Assembly (NCBI GenBank): GCA_963822965.1
Contig: CAWGJT010000005.1
Location: 192,001 to 256,000, forward strand
Direction: 5' to 3'
DNA from: an uncultured delta proteobacterium
Lineage (GTDB): Bacteria > Myxococcota_A > UBA9160 > UBA4427
DNA length: 64,000 nucleotides
Below, one piece after another: positions 21,317 through 30,362 of the stretch; position 1 is the stretch's first letter, and each line of letters starts with the position of its first letter. A program made the position numbers and the translations under genes. Under the pieces are notes generated by a model that made no database searches, was not told the origin of the DNA, and worked only from the letters and a program-made list of their open reading frames with translations.

Positions 21317-24106
21317 CTAGCGCTCCTTCTTCAGGCGCCTCCGGTGCATCCACATGAGGCCCGGCAGCAGCAGGACCAGCTCGGGACCGAAGCCGCAATC
21401 GGGCGGAGCCGGCACGATGCCCGGCGTGCACGAGAGCGTCTCGTCCGAGTCCACCAGGCCCTCGAGCAGCCAGTCGTTGATGAGCCAGCCGTTGTCTGCG
21501 TAGGTCGAGTTGCCCTCGCTCTTCCCACAGTCCTCGACGCCATTCATGTTCTTGTCGTCGCAGAACAGATCGAACTGCGACTCCCCGAGCTTGGTGAGCC
21601 CGTTGGTGGTGAAGATCTCCCAGACGCTGGTGGTGCCAGCGGCCCCGAGACCGTCGACCGTGATGGCGTCGCCCGGCTCCACGTCCTCGAACGTCCCGAT
21701 CAGGGTGCTCGAGTTGGGCAGGCCGGACCAGGCCTTCACACGCACGGGCTGCGCCCCGTTCCAGATCATCGAGAGCTCGGAGAGCGGCTGCGAGCACGCG
21801 AAGGCACCCGGAGGCGGCGCGAGCACGTTCACGGTCACCTGATCCACGCCCGGATCGCAGACGTCGCCGGCGACGTCCCCGGTCGCGGTGGCCACGTTGG
21901 TGGTCGTCCCAAACAGGGTCGCGGGCACCACGAAGGTCTGCGACTCGCTCGGCGCCAGCGAGACACCCGTCGCGATGTCCCCCAGCTGGTCGTCGTGGAT
22001 CATGACGTTGTCCACGGTGTCCGTGCCCGGGTTGGTCACCGTGTACTGGTACTGCACGTTGCCGCCCAGGCTGATCGGGCCGTCGTCCTCGCGATCCATG
22101 CCGAAGACCACCCAGGCGCCGAACCGATCGCCCAGGCTGAGCGGCTTGTAGCAGGACGTCTTGATCATGACCGTCTGGGAGCCGCCGGCGCCAGTCGCCG
22201 TCAGCACCACATGCCAGGGGAGATCACCGCCACCCGGGACCGCCACGCTCACGAGATCGCCGAACTCGATCTGGTCCTCGGGCTCGGCGTCGAGGCTGCC
22301 GGTCAGGGACACCGCGACGGGATCGCCGGGATCGGCGACGCCCGAGCAGGTGCCGTAGCCGCCCTGCGGGTTGCTCACCGTGCAGCCCTCCCCCAGGAAG
22401 TCGCCGATGTAGACCAGCGTCAGCTCCTGGAGATCGCTCGTGCAATGCGGACCCGGAGGCGCGAGCGGCACCTCGCAGGCGTCCTGGGGACCTTCCGGAC
22501 CGTCGCCCAGGGCCACGAGCGTGCCCGACTTGGTGGTGAACTCCACCAGCCGGAAGCTGCCGAACTGGTCGCCCAGGGCCAGCGGCTGCGAGCAGGAGAC
22601 GTGGAACTCCACCTTCTGCCGCACACCTGCCCCGTCCGTGATCAGGAGCTTCATGTTCGGGAAGAGGCCGCCCCTGCGGGTCGACGTGACGCGGATGCGG
22701 TCCCCGTCGTTGATCAGGCTCGAGGGCGAGATCTGCACGCTCGAGCCGAACTTCGACGCGTAGGTGATGCCGACGTTCGTGGCGCCCGTGGCGTCGCCGC
22801 TGCACTTCGCCTCGCCGTTCTGCGGGTTCGCGAGCGGATCCTGGCAGTCCTGGCCGACGTACTCGAGCACCATGTCCACGAGCTTGGCATCGCAGGGCGT
22901 GCCCTCCGGGTCGCCGGGCCCCGCACACTGCGGCGGCGGCGGCGGCGCGTTGCAGTCCACCAGGCCGCCCTCGGTGCTCTCGAAGCTCGTCACCTTGAAG
23001 GCGCCGAACTGGTCCCCGCACTGGAAGGCGCGCTCACAGGAGGTGTCGATCTTCAGGTACTGCTTCCGCCACCACTCGTCCTGCACCTTGAACTTCGTCT
23101 TGTCCGGAAGCGTCCCGTTGCTGCTGGTGAAGGTGACCTGGTCCCCGATGTCGATGCCGGTGTCCGGGGAGACCTGCACCGAGCCACCCCAGCTGAGCGG
23201 CGTGATGTCCACGGGCTCGTGCAAGGAGCGGCGACCGTGGCACTTGCAGGAGCGGCCCTGGTCGTTGCTCGTGCGCGAGCAGCTGTCGCCGGTGTACTCG
23301 AGGGTCATGCTGATCATGTCGCCCTCGCACTGGCCGAGATCGGGCAGCACCGGCTGCGTCACGCAGCAGGTCTTGTCGAGCTGGAGATCGCAGAGGACCG
23401 GGTTCACCAGGATCGCCACCGTGGGGCCGCTGACCGACTTCTTCTGCACCGTGGCGGCCGTGCTGCCGGCCGCGCAGTTCGTGTCGAGGGTGTTGGTGAG
23501 GGAGAGCACCGCCTCCGTGGCGAGCGGGACCACCGACGCGACGTCGACGGAGACGCTGCCCGTCCAGTTGCTGGCCCCGTAGTTGGTGGGCAGCGCGAAG
23601 GTGCCGCTGGGGGTGAACGAGCCGGTGAACGGGATCACCACCGGGGCGATCGGCCCGCCCGTCGTCGCGGTGACGGTCACGGTCCCGGAGAGGGCCGTGG
23701 AGCCGTTGGTGCCCGGGTTGCCGAAGGGCGGGAACGTGGTGAGGATCGCGTCTCCGGCCTCGACCAGGGTGACGTTGTCGATGTGGCCGCCCGGCTGGGC
23801 GCTGATCGTCGTCGTGAGCACCGACTCGGTGCTGTCGCTGCCGCCACTCGAGCACGACGAGGTGAAGGCCGACGGCGCGAACATCAGATGGTCGCCCTGG
23901 ATCTCGACCGGATTCACCGCATCCGCCCAGATCGGCTCGGGATCGCCCGCGGTCGTGGTGGTCTCGGAGACCTGAAGGAAGTCGACGCTAGCCCCGATGA
24001 AGTCACCGTGATTGACCGTGGCGGAGGCCTGCCGGGAGCCGGAGACGGCGAGGAGACTCGCCGCGAGCAGAAGAACGGGAAGAGACGGGAAGACGGGATT
24101 TCGCAC
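21317..24106 (-). CDS. Large secreted Cys-rich repeat protein (929 aa) with C-terminal CGFGPEL-TM-basic sorting-like tail
   Basis: Signal peptide. N-domain similar to the neighbouring PEP-CTERM protein. Three ~115-aa repeats ending (T/V)SC...GD(Q/R)FG. Ig-like VQYQYTVTNPG segment. AAGGAG RBS before GTG. Confidence 0.85.
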   Translation of the reverse strand: MRNPVFPSLPVLLLAASLLAVSGSRQASATVNHGDFIGASVDFLQVSETTTTAGDPEPIWADAVNPVEIQGDHLMFAPSAFTSSCSSGGSDSTESVLTTTISAQPGGHIDNVTLVEAGDAILTTFPPFGNPGTNGSTALSGTVTVTATTGGPIAPVVIPFTGSFTPSGTFALPTNYGASNWTGSVSVDVASVVPLATEAVLSLTNTLDTNCAAGSTAATVQKKSVSGPTVAILVNPVLCDLQLDKTCCVTQPVLPDLGQCEGDMISMTLEYTGDSCSRTSNDQGRSCKCHGRRSLHEPVDITPLSWGGSVQVSPDTGIDIGDQVTFTSSNGTLPDKTKFKVQDEWWRKQYLKIDTSCERAFQCGDQFGAFKVTSFESTEGGLVDCNAPPPPPQCAGPGDPEGTPCDAKLVDMVLEYVGQDCQDPLANPQNGEAKCSGDATGATNVGITYASKFGSSVQISPSSLINDGDRIRVTSTRRGGLFPNMKLLITDGAGVRQKVEFHVSCSQPLALGDQFGSFRLVEFTTKSGTLVALGDGPEGPQDACEVPLAPPGPHCTSDLQELTLVYIGDFLGEGCTVSNPQGGYGTCSGVADPGDPVAVSLTGSLDAEPEDQIEFGDLVSVAVPGGGDLPWHVVLTATGAGGSQTVMIKTSCYKPLSLGDRFGAWVVFGMDREDDGPISLGGNVQYQYTVTNPGTDTVDNVMIHDDQLGDIATGVSLAPSESQTFVVPATLFGTTTNVATATGDVAGDVCDPGVDQVTVNVLAPPPGAFACSQPLSELSMIWNGAQPVRVKAWSGLPNSSTLIGTFEDVEPGDAITVDGLGAAGTTSVWEIFTTNGLTKLGESQFDLFCDDKNMNGVEDCGKSEGNSTYADNGWLINDWLLEGLVDSDETLSCTPGIVPAPPDCGFGPELVLLLPGLMWMHRRRLKKER

Positions 24107-24400
24107 GAGGTGCTCCTTGGACTGCGAACCCGGCCCGGTCGTGGACGGGCCGGGAATTGCGCGGCGGCTGTTTTCGCTTTGGCTTCGCGTTCACGGCTCG
24201 ATCGGACGGGCGGCAACTCGTGTGCTGCTGCGAGCGAACCCTCCCTCCCCCTATCCTCCGGGTCTCCGGGCCGAACCCCCTACCTTGCCTTGCGGACTCG
24301 CTGCTCCCGACTCTGCGACTCGCCAGCTTCCGTCTCGAGCTCGATCACTCTCCAGAACTCGCCAACTCTCGTCACTTCCTGCGCGTATAACTCTCGACTG

Positions 24401-24417
24401 TGTAGGTTTCGGCCACA
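24401..24417. promoter_or_regulatory. TGT-N11-ACA enhancer-like site upstream of the 929-aa gene
   Basis: TGTAGGTTTCGGCCACA in a lower-GC intergenic region. A near-consensus sigma-54 box lies at 24213-24227 on the minus strand. Confidence 0.3.
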
Positions 24418-24465
24418 GCAGGACCTTTTCCGAAGCACAGTCCGAAGCACGGTGGAATTCGTCGA

Positions 24466-25233
24466 TCAGCTCCGTCGCCGGCCGCCGACGAGCGCGCCGA
24501 GCAGGCCCAGCCCCAGGAACGCGAGGGTTCCCGGCTCGGGCACGGTGATGACGACGCCGCGATCCGCCTTCTTCTGGATCGTGGCCGCGTTGAGCGCGCC
24601 CTCGCTGGACGCCACCAGGTAGTTGTTCATGGCCACGAAAACCTTCGTCGCGTTGGGCACCACGGAGGCGATGTCGATCAGGGCGACGCCCTGCCAGTTC
24701 ACGGTACCCGGGTTGTTGATGATGTCGAAGGTGTCCGTCGGGGCGAAGACGCCGTTGATCGGGATGTTGACGTCGGGGATGTCCACCCCGCCGGCTTCCA
24801 TGACCGTGATGGTTCCGGAGACCGACAGGAAGGTGCCGGTCGCACCGGTGCCGGCCGGGCCGGCCAGGATCGAGTCACCGAACTCCTCGATCTTGAGGGT
24901 GTCGATGGAGGCGCCGAGCGCCGTCGTCACGATCTCCACCTGCAGCAGCGACAGGGTCTGGTCGAGATCGCCGGCTCCGCTCGCGCTGGCCGTGAAGGCG
25001 GTCGGGTTGAAGCTGAGCTCGTCGCCGGAGACGACGGGGGCTCCGAAGAGCACCAGCGGATCGGCCGGATCGACCGCGTCCTGCGTCGTCTCCGTGACGT
25101 CCACGAAGTCGACGGTCGATCCGTTGTAGGTGCCGTGATTGACGGGGGTCGCCGCCATCGCGGAGCCCGCGCCGAACAAGACGGTGAGCGCCGAGCAGGT
25201 CAGCTGCAGCAGCGTACGAATGCGAAAGTTCAT
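24466..25233 (-). CDS. PEP-CTERM sorting domain protein
   Basis: Signal peptide MNFRIRTLLQ...GSAMA. C-terminus VPEPGTLAFLGLGLLGALVGGRRRS. Confidence 0.92.
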   Translation of the reverse strand: MNFRIRTLLQLTCSALTVLFGAGSAMAATPVNHGTYNGSTVDFVDVTETTQDAVDPADPLVLFGAPVVSGDELSFNPTAFTASASGAGDLDQTLSLLQVEIVTTALGASIDTLKIEEFGDSILAGPAGTGATGTFLSVSGTITVMEAGGVDIPDVNIPINGVFAPTDTFDIINNPGTVNWQGVALIDIASVVPNATKVFVAMNNYLVASSEGALNAATIQKKADRGVVITVPEPGTLAFLGLGLLGALVGGRRRS

Positions 25234-25561
25234 CAGGTTTTGACCTCTTCCCAGGGTCTTCAGATTCAGCTTCTGGTGCCGGATCTCGTGTCTTTTCTCT
25301 TCTTGCATCTTGCCTTGCTCTTCTTTCCTGCTTCCTCGCTTCTTCCTCTCGCTGTATCGCTTCCCGCGTTCTCGCTGCCGGCGTTCCCGTGGCCCCGATT
25401 TCGGACTGCCGGTTTTCCGGATCCTTCCAAGCCTATTGCAACCCGGAAGGCCCCTTCGAAGCAAGCGAATTCTGCGTGTCGAACCAAGCTCGATTCCGGC
25501 TCGCTCCACGAGCGGGACGCCGCGATCCCCGAGACGACAACGGTCTGTCTTCGTCACAGTC

Positions 25562-25577
25562 AGCAAGATTCGTTCCG
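25562..25577 (-). promoter_or_regulatory. Candidate sigma-54 (-24/-12) promoter for the PEP-CTERM gene
   Basis: Minus strand CGGAACGAATCTTGCT is GG-N10-GC with TTGCT. An AT-rich IHF-like site and inverted repeats lie upstream. Confidence 0.55.
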
Positions 25578-25674
25578 ATGGGAGACGAAAGCTCGACTCA
25601 GAATAGAACTCAATTATTTCAGTAAGTTACGATAACGATGAGGCAAAAACCCACCATGCGCGGGGTGGGCGCTA

Positions 25675-25698
25675 TGGGAAAACCCTTACCGTTTCCCA
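25675..25698. promoter_or_regulatory. Inverted repeat TGGGAAA-N10-TTTCCCA (candidate activator binding site)
   Basis: Perfect 7-bp arms about 100 bp upstream of the sigma-54 box. A second palindrome, CCCACC-N8-GGTGGG, is at 25650-25669. Confidence 0.4.
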
Positions 25699-25813
25699 GA
25701 AAACTGTTCTCTCGACCCATGAGGATTCCTTCCCAGGACCCGGTCCACGGACCGGGCACCCGGGCGTGCTCGGGAGATGGGCTCTAGTGTCCGGTGCCGC
25801 ATCCGGAGGCCCC

Positions 25814-26755
25814 ATGAGCGATCCGACGCCCGCGAATCCCGATGTCTTCACCCAGCTGCTGGCCGGCGCCTCGCTCCCGCGCACGGCCGCCGAAATGCGC
25901 GCCTTGCTGGACGGCTTCGCCGACCTGCTGAACGCCGGCGCACCCGAGGTCGGCGCGGTCCACGAGAAGGTGCCCGTCGAGGGCGCCGATCCTGCGGTCA
26001 CGGCGGACGTCGTCGTGCCCCACGGCACGGGACCCTTCCCGGTGCTGGTCTACCTGCACGGCGGAGGCTGGGTGGCTGGCAGCCCCAGGACCCACGCGAA
26101 GCTCGCCAAGCGCTTCGCCGAGGCGGGCCATCTCGTCTTCAACGTCGACTACCGGCTGGCCCCCGAGCACCCCTTCCCGGCACCCCTCGACGACTGTCTC
26201 CAGGCCGTCCGCTGGGCCGCCCGGGCGGCCGCCCGCTACGGCGGCGACGGCTCCCGGCTCGCACTGGGCGGCGACTCGGCGGGTGGCAACCTGTCCGCCG
26301 CGGCGGCCATCGCGCTCGCCGACGACCCGGAGGTGCGGATTCGCGCGGCGCTGCTGATCTATGGCGTCTTCGACTTCGCGGCCCTGGACGGCTCGCTCGT
26401 GGCCACGGGCGCAGCGGTCACCCCGGAGCTCGCCCGGGCGGGCGCCGAGATGACCGAGCTGATGGTCGGCTCCTACCTCGGCGCGGAGCGGTCGCCGGGC
26501 CTGCTCGCCGATCCGCGGGTGAGCCCGCTGCACGCCGCAGATCGCCTGCCGCCCTCGTACGTGATGTGCGGCGGCGCGGACCCGCTGCTCCCCCAGACCC
26601 GGGCGCTCGCAGAGGCCCTCCGGAAGGCCGGCGTGGAGCACGAGTCGGCCACCTTCGAGGGGATGCCCCACGGCTTCGTGCAGATGGAGTTCCTGCCGCC
26701 CGCGCGGGCGGCCCTGGACGGCATGACGGCGTTCCTGGCGAAGCACCTCTCCTGA
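25814..26755 (+). CDS. Alpha/beta hydrolase, HSL-family esterase/lipase
   Basis: HGGGW, DYRLAPEH.FP, GDSAGG, D.L and HGF triad motifs. Confidence 0.92.
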   Translation: MSDPTPANPDVFTQLLAGASLPRTAAEMRALLDGFADLLNAGAPEVGAVHEKVPVEGADPAVTADVVVPHGTGPFPVLVYLHGGGWVAGSPRTHAKLAKRFAEAGHLVFNVDYRLAPEHPFPAPLDDCLQAVRWAARAAARYGGDGSRLALGGDSAGGNLSAAAAIALADDPEVRIRAALLIYGVFDFAALDGSLVATGAAVTPELARAGAEMTELMVGSYLGAERSPGLLADPRVSPLHAADRLPPSYVMCGGADPLLPQTRALAEALRKAGVEHESATFEGMPHGFVQMEFLPPARAALDGMTAFLAKHLS

Positions 26756-26830
26756 GCACCCGTGCCTCGAGCGCTCGGGCACCCGGCCAGCTGAGGGAGC
26801 CCGGGTGAGCAACGCTCTTGGAACTGACAC

Positions 26831-27829
26831 CTAGAGGCCCGAGAGGACGATGTCTCCGATCAGGCCGAGCAGGAAGAACATGCCGAATCGCCGGTTGTAC
26901 CAGAACGTGACCGCGACGAACCACAGGGGCCAGACGCCCTTCGGCAGCTCGGGCGGCGCTTCCGCGGGACGGGGCTTCCGGTACGTGTGGAACACCCGCC
27001 GGAGCGACGGCGCGGCGGCGAAGCTCACGAGCATGGCGGGCGTGAAGTAGCCGACGACGACCAGGTACACGATCACCCCGTACTGCGCGATCAGCATTCC
27101 GAGCACCGTGTAGCGGGAGACCTTCTCGCCGAGGATGACGGGCAGGGTGTGGATCCGCTTGGCGCGGTCGGCGTCCAGCTTGTCGATGTGCTTTCCGAAG
27201 AGCACCGCCGTCGGGCCGAGCGCGTAGGCGAGACTCGCCACGGCCACGTTGTTGCTCCACTCGCCGGTGATCACGTAGTAGGAACCGCCCACCATCAACG
27301 GCCCCCAGACCGCGAGAACCGCCGGCTCCCCGAGCCCGATGTACTTGAGCGGAAAGGTGTAGAACAGGACGAAGAAGGCCCCGGCGCCGAGGAGCATCAG
27401 CACGATCTCGCCCTGCAGGACCACCAGGTACACGCCCACCGCCAGGGCCGCGCCGCCCGTCACCAGCGCGTAGATGACCAGCTGCTTCACGCTGAGGAAG
27501 CCGTCCTGCACGGTCTGCGGACCGTACTGGGTGCGGAAGTAGTTGCCCTCGTCGACGCCCTTCCAGTAGTCGGTGAGGTCGTTCACCAGGTTGTTCGTGG
27601 CGTGGGCGAGGCACAGGCCCAGGGTGACCAGCACGAAGGACACGCCGTCGAAGCGACCCGCCTTGACCGCCAGCAGCCCGGCGAAGGCGGCGGACGTGAA
27701 GGTCATGATGATCACCGCCGAACGCGTCGCGATGAGCCAGCGCGAGACGATGTCGAGGCCGTCCCAGTCCTGCTTGGTGATTCGAGGCATGACGGTCAAC
27801 GCCTTGCCCCACATGGCGACGTTCGGCAT
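26831..27829 (-). CDS. menA: UbiA-family prenyltransferase, MenA-like
   Basis: NLVNDLTDYWKGVD, FYTFPLKYIGLGE, DADRAKRIHTL; multi-TM. Confidence 0.75.
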   Translation of the reverse strand: MPNVAMWGKALTVMPRITKQDWDGLDIVSRWLIATRSAVIIMTFTSAAFAGLLAVKAGRFDGVSFVLVTLGLCLAHATNNLVNDLTDYWKGVDEGNYFRTQYGPQTVQDGFLSVKQLVIYALVTGGAALAVGVYLVVLQGEIVLMLLGAGAFFVLFYTFPLKYIGLGEPAVLAVWGPLMVGGSYYVITGEWSNNVAVASLAYALGPTAVLFGKHIDKLDADRAKRIHTLPVILGEKVSRYTVLGMLIAQYGVIVYLVVVGYFTPAMLVSFAAAPSLRRVFHTYRKPRPAEAPPELPKGVWPLWFVAVTFWYNRRFGMFFLLGLIGDIVLSGL

Positions 27830-27976
27830 GCGGCCTCCGATAGCGGCGTGCGGGAAGCGGCCGAGTATACCCGAAGGGCCCCGTCCGGCGTCGGCACGCC
27901 GCGGTCGCGGTTCCGCCGCAACCGGAGCCCGACGGGCTCCCTCGGCTAGGCTTTGCGATCTCCGGGGAGGACCACG

Positions 27977-28744
27977 ATGACGACCACCGCAATCACGGGC
28001 TCGGGCTCCGGCATCGGAGCCGGCGTTCGGGCGCATCTCGAGGCGCAGGGCCACCAGGTCATCGGCGTGGACCTGAAGAACGCGGAGATCGAGGCGGACC
28101 TCTCCACCGCCGCCGGCCGGCGAAAGGCCGTCGACGAGATCGTCGCCCGCTGCAGCGGTCGGCTCGACCGGCTCGTCACGTGCGCCGGCCTCGGCGGCCA
28201 CGTGAAGCCGCGCTCCCAGGTCGCCCGGGTGAACTACTTCGGCTCGGTGGAGGTGCTGGACGGACTGCTGCCGGCCCTGCAGAAGGGCCGCGAGCCCGCC
28301 GCCGTGGCCATCGTCTCGAACTCCGCCCAGATCGCGCCCCTGGACGAGCACCCCTACGTCCAGGCCATGCTCGCCCACGACGAAGAGGAGGCCGCCCGCA
28401 TCATCGACGAGCTCGACAGCGGCCCGGTGGCCTACATGGGCTCGAAGCACGCGCTCGGACGGGCCGTCCGGCGGCGCGTCCGCACCTGGGGCGACGCGCG
28501 CGTCCGGCTCAACGGCGTGTGTCCGGGGCCGGTCCGGACGCCGCTGCTGCAGGCCAGCATCGACGACCCGGCAACGGGCCAGCACGTGATGGCGATCGAC
28601 ATTCCCATCGGTCGCTGGGGCGAGCCCGAGGACGTAGCGAAGCTGGTGGGCTTCCTGCTGGGTCCCGAAGCGTCCTGGATCCACGGGAGCCTGCTGTACA
28701 TCGACGGCGGCAACGACGCCGAGATCCGCCCCGACCGCTACTGA
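27977..28744 (+). CDS. SDR oxidoreductase, 3-alpha-hydroxysteroid dehydrogenase-like
   Basis: TGSGSGIG, IEADLST, TCAGLG, VNYFGS, YMGSKHA, RPDRY C-terminus. Confidence 0.85.
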   Translation: MTTTAITGSGSGIGAGVRAHLEAQGHQVIGVDLKNAEIEADLSTAAGRRKAVDEIVARCSGRLDRLVTCAGLGGHVKPRSQVARVNYFGSVEVLDGLLPALQKGREPAAVAIVSNSAQIAPLDEHPYVQAMLAHDEEEAARIIDELDSGPVAYMGSKHALGRAVRRRVRTWGDARVRLNGVCPGPVRTPLLQASIDDPATGQHVMAIDIPIGRWGEPEDVAKLVGFLLGPEASWIHGSLLYIDGGNDAEIRPDRY

Positions 28745-28747
28745 GCG

Positions 28748-28772
28748 GTCAGCGCCCCGCTGGGGCGCTGAC
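28748..28772. terminator. Perfect 11-bp hairpin between convergent genes
   Basis: GTCAGCGCCCC-GCT-GGGGCGCTGAC directly after the SDR stop; weak U-tract. Confidence 0.6.
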
Positions 28773-28819
28773 TTGCAACCCGAGCACAACGCCGAGCGTT
28801 GTCCTCTTGGGAGGCGTCT

Positions 28820-30055
28820 TCAGCCCAGGCGGTTGCGGAACAGCCGCCCGTCCTTCGCGATCACGGCGAGGTTCTTCTCGGGGTGCTCGAGGAGCGAGAG
28901 GTCGGCGAGCGGATCGCCGTCGACGACGAGCAGGTCGGCGCGTGCGCCCGGGGCCACGACGCCCAGCTCGCCGCTGCGGCCGAGGATCTCGGCGTTCACC
29001 ACCGTCGCCTGGCGCAGCACCTCGGCGGCCGAGAACACCCGCGCCCGGATGCCGAGCTCGCGGCTCTGCTGCTCGTGGCTCTCGCCGAGGAGATCCGTCC
29101 CGAAGCCGATCGGCACACCGGCCTGCTTCGCGATCTCGAGGGACGCGAGCCCCGCGTCCAGCACGTCCTTCACCTTGGCCAGGCTCCGCTCCGGAAAGCC
29201 CAGGGCCCGTCCCATCTCGTCGATCGCAAAATAGGTGACGAGGGTCGGGACCAGGTACGCCCCCGCCTCGCGCATGCGTCCGGCGGTCTCCGCGTCGATG
29301 AGGTTGCCGTGCTCGATGGTGCGCACGCCCGCCTCCAGCGCGCGGGTGATGGCGGCGGGGGTGTACGCATGGGCCATCGCGTAGGTGCGCCAGCTCTCGG
29401 CCTCCTCGACGATCGCCTGCATCTCTTCGCGGGAGTACTGCAGGTTCCAGATCGGATCCGCGGGGGAGGCGACGCCGCCCGACGCCATGATCTTCAGCTG
29501 GTGGGCGCCCCGGCGCAGCTCCTCGCGCGCCGCCCGGCGCACCGCGGGGACACCGTCGGCCACCAGCGCGATGCCGCTCGCGCGGATCTGGCAGGCGCAC
29601 AGGGCGGGCCCGTCCTCCCGGGGCGTGAAGTCCCCGTGGCCGCCCGTCTGGGAGAGCGCGTGACCCGAGTAGAAGATGCGCGGCCCCGCCACGAGACCGA
29701 GCTCGACGGCCCGGGCCAGACCGTGGTCGGCACCGCCGGCATCCCGCACGCTGGTGAAGCCGCGGAGCAGCATCCGCTCGAGGATCCTGGCCGCCTCGAT
29801 GGCGACGAGCGTCGCCGGCCGCGTCGCCATGGCGGCCAGGTTCATCGTCGTGACCACGACGTGGACGTGCGCGTCGATGAGCCCCGGCATCAGGGTGCGG
29901 CCGCCCACGTCGATCCGCTGCGCCTCGGGCGCCGCGATTTCTCCCGCACTCACCTCGACGATGCGGTCGCCCTCGACGAGCACGTTGTGGCCCGGCAGCC
30001 CGAGGCCCGCGTCGCAGTCGAGCACGGTCGCGTTGCGGAAGAGGATCCGATCCAC
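28820..30055 (-). CDS. Metal-dependent amidohydrolase (prolidase/Xaa-Pro dipeptidase-like)
   Basis: PGLIDAHVH, GFTSVRDAGG, KIMASGG, AHA, IEHG, FGTD. Confidence 0.9.
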   Translation of the reverse strand: MDRILFRNATVLDCDAGLGLPGHNVLVEGDRIVEVSAGEIAAPEAQRIDVGGRTLMPGLIDAHVHVVVTTMNLAAMATRPATLVAIEAARILERMLLRGFTSVRDAGGADHGLARAVELGLVAGPRIFYSGHALSQTGGHGDFTPREDGPALCACQIRASGIALVADGVPAVRRAAREELRRGAHQLKIMASGGVASPADPIWNLQYSREEMQAIVEEAESWRTYAMAHAYTPAAITRALEAGVRTIEHGNLIDAETAGRMREAGAYLVPTLVTYFAIDEMGRALGFPERSLAKVKDVLDAGLASLEIAKQAGVPIGFGTDLLGESHEQQSRELGIRARVFSAAEVLRQATVVNAEILGRSGELGVVAPGARADLLVVDGDPLADLSLLEHPEKNLAVIAKDGRLFRNRLG

Positions 30056-30059
30056 GGCG

Positions 30060-30362
30060 TCAGGACACCGGGCCCACCGACGCGATCTCGTACTTCTCGA
30101 GATTCATCTCCTTCACGCCGAGCCCACCCACCTTGCTCCGGAAGGCCGCCATGTGAGGCGCCTGGAAGTGCTCGTCCAGCGCCGCCTGGCTCTCCCACTT
30201 CTCGAAGATGTAGAAGACCCCGGGGTCGCTGAGATCCGAAGAGAACGCGTACGCCAGGTTGCCCGGCTCCTCCTGCGTGGCCTGCATCATCTCCCGGGCC
30301 GCCGCCGCGGCCTCGTCCTTCTTCGTCGGGTCGATACGGATGGTTCCGGCGATCACGAGCAT
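30060..30362 (-). CDS. Antibiotic-biosynthesis monooxygenase (ABM)/putative quinol monooxygenase
   Basis: 100 aa; EPGNLAY.F..D....F.IFEKWES..ALDEHF.APHM. Confidence 0.88.
   Translation of the reverse strand: MLVIAGTIRIDPTKKDEAAAAAREMMQATQEEPGNLAYAFSSDLSDPGVFYIFEKWESQAALDEHFQAPHMAAFRSKVGGLGVKEMNLEKYEIASVGPVS

Noticed and set aside
25234..25566. 110-aa N-terminal extension of the PEP-CTERM protein
   Set aside because: It is a translation of the purine-rich leader. The signal peptide begins at Met 25233.
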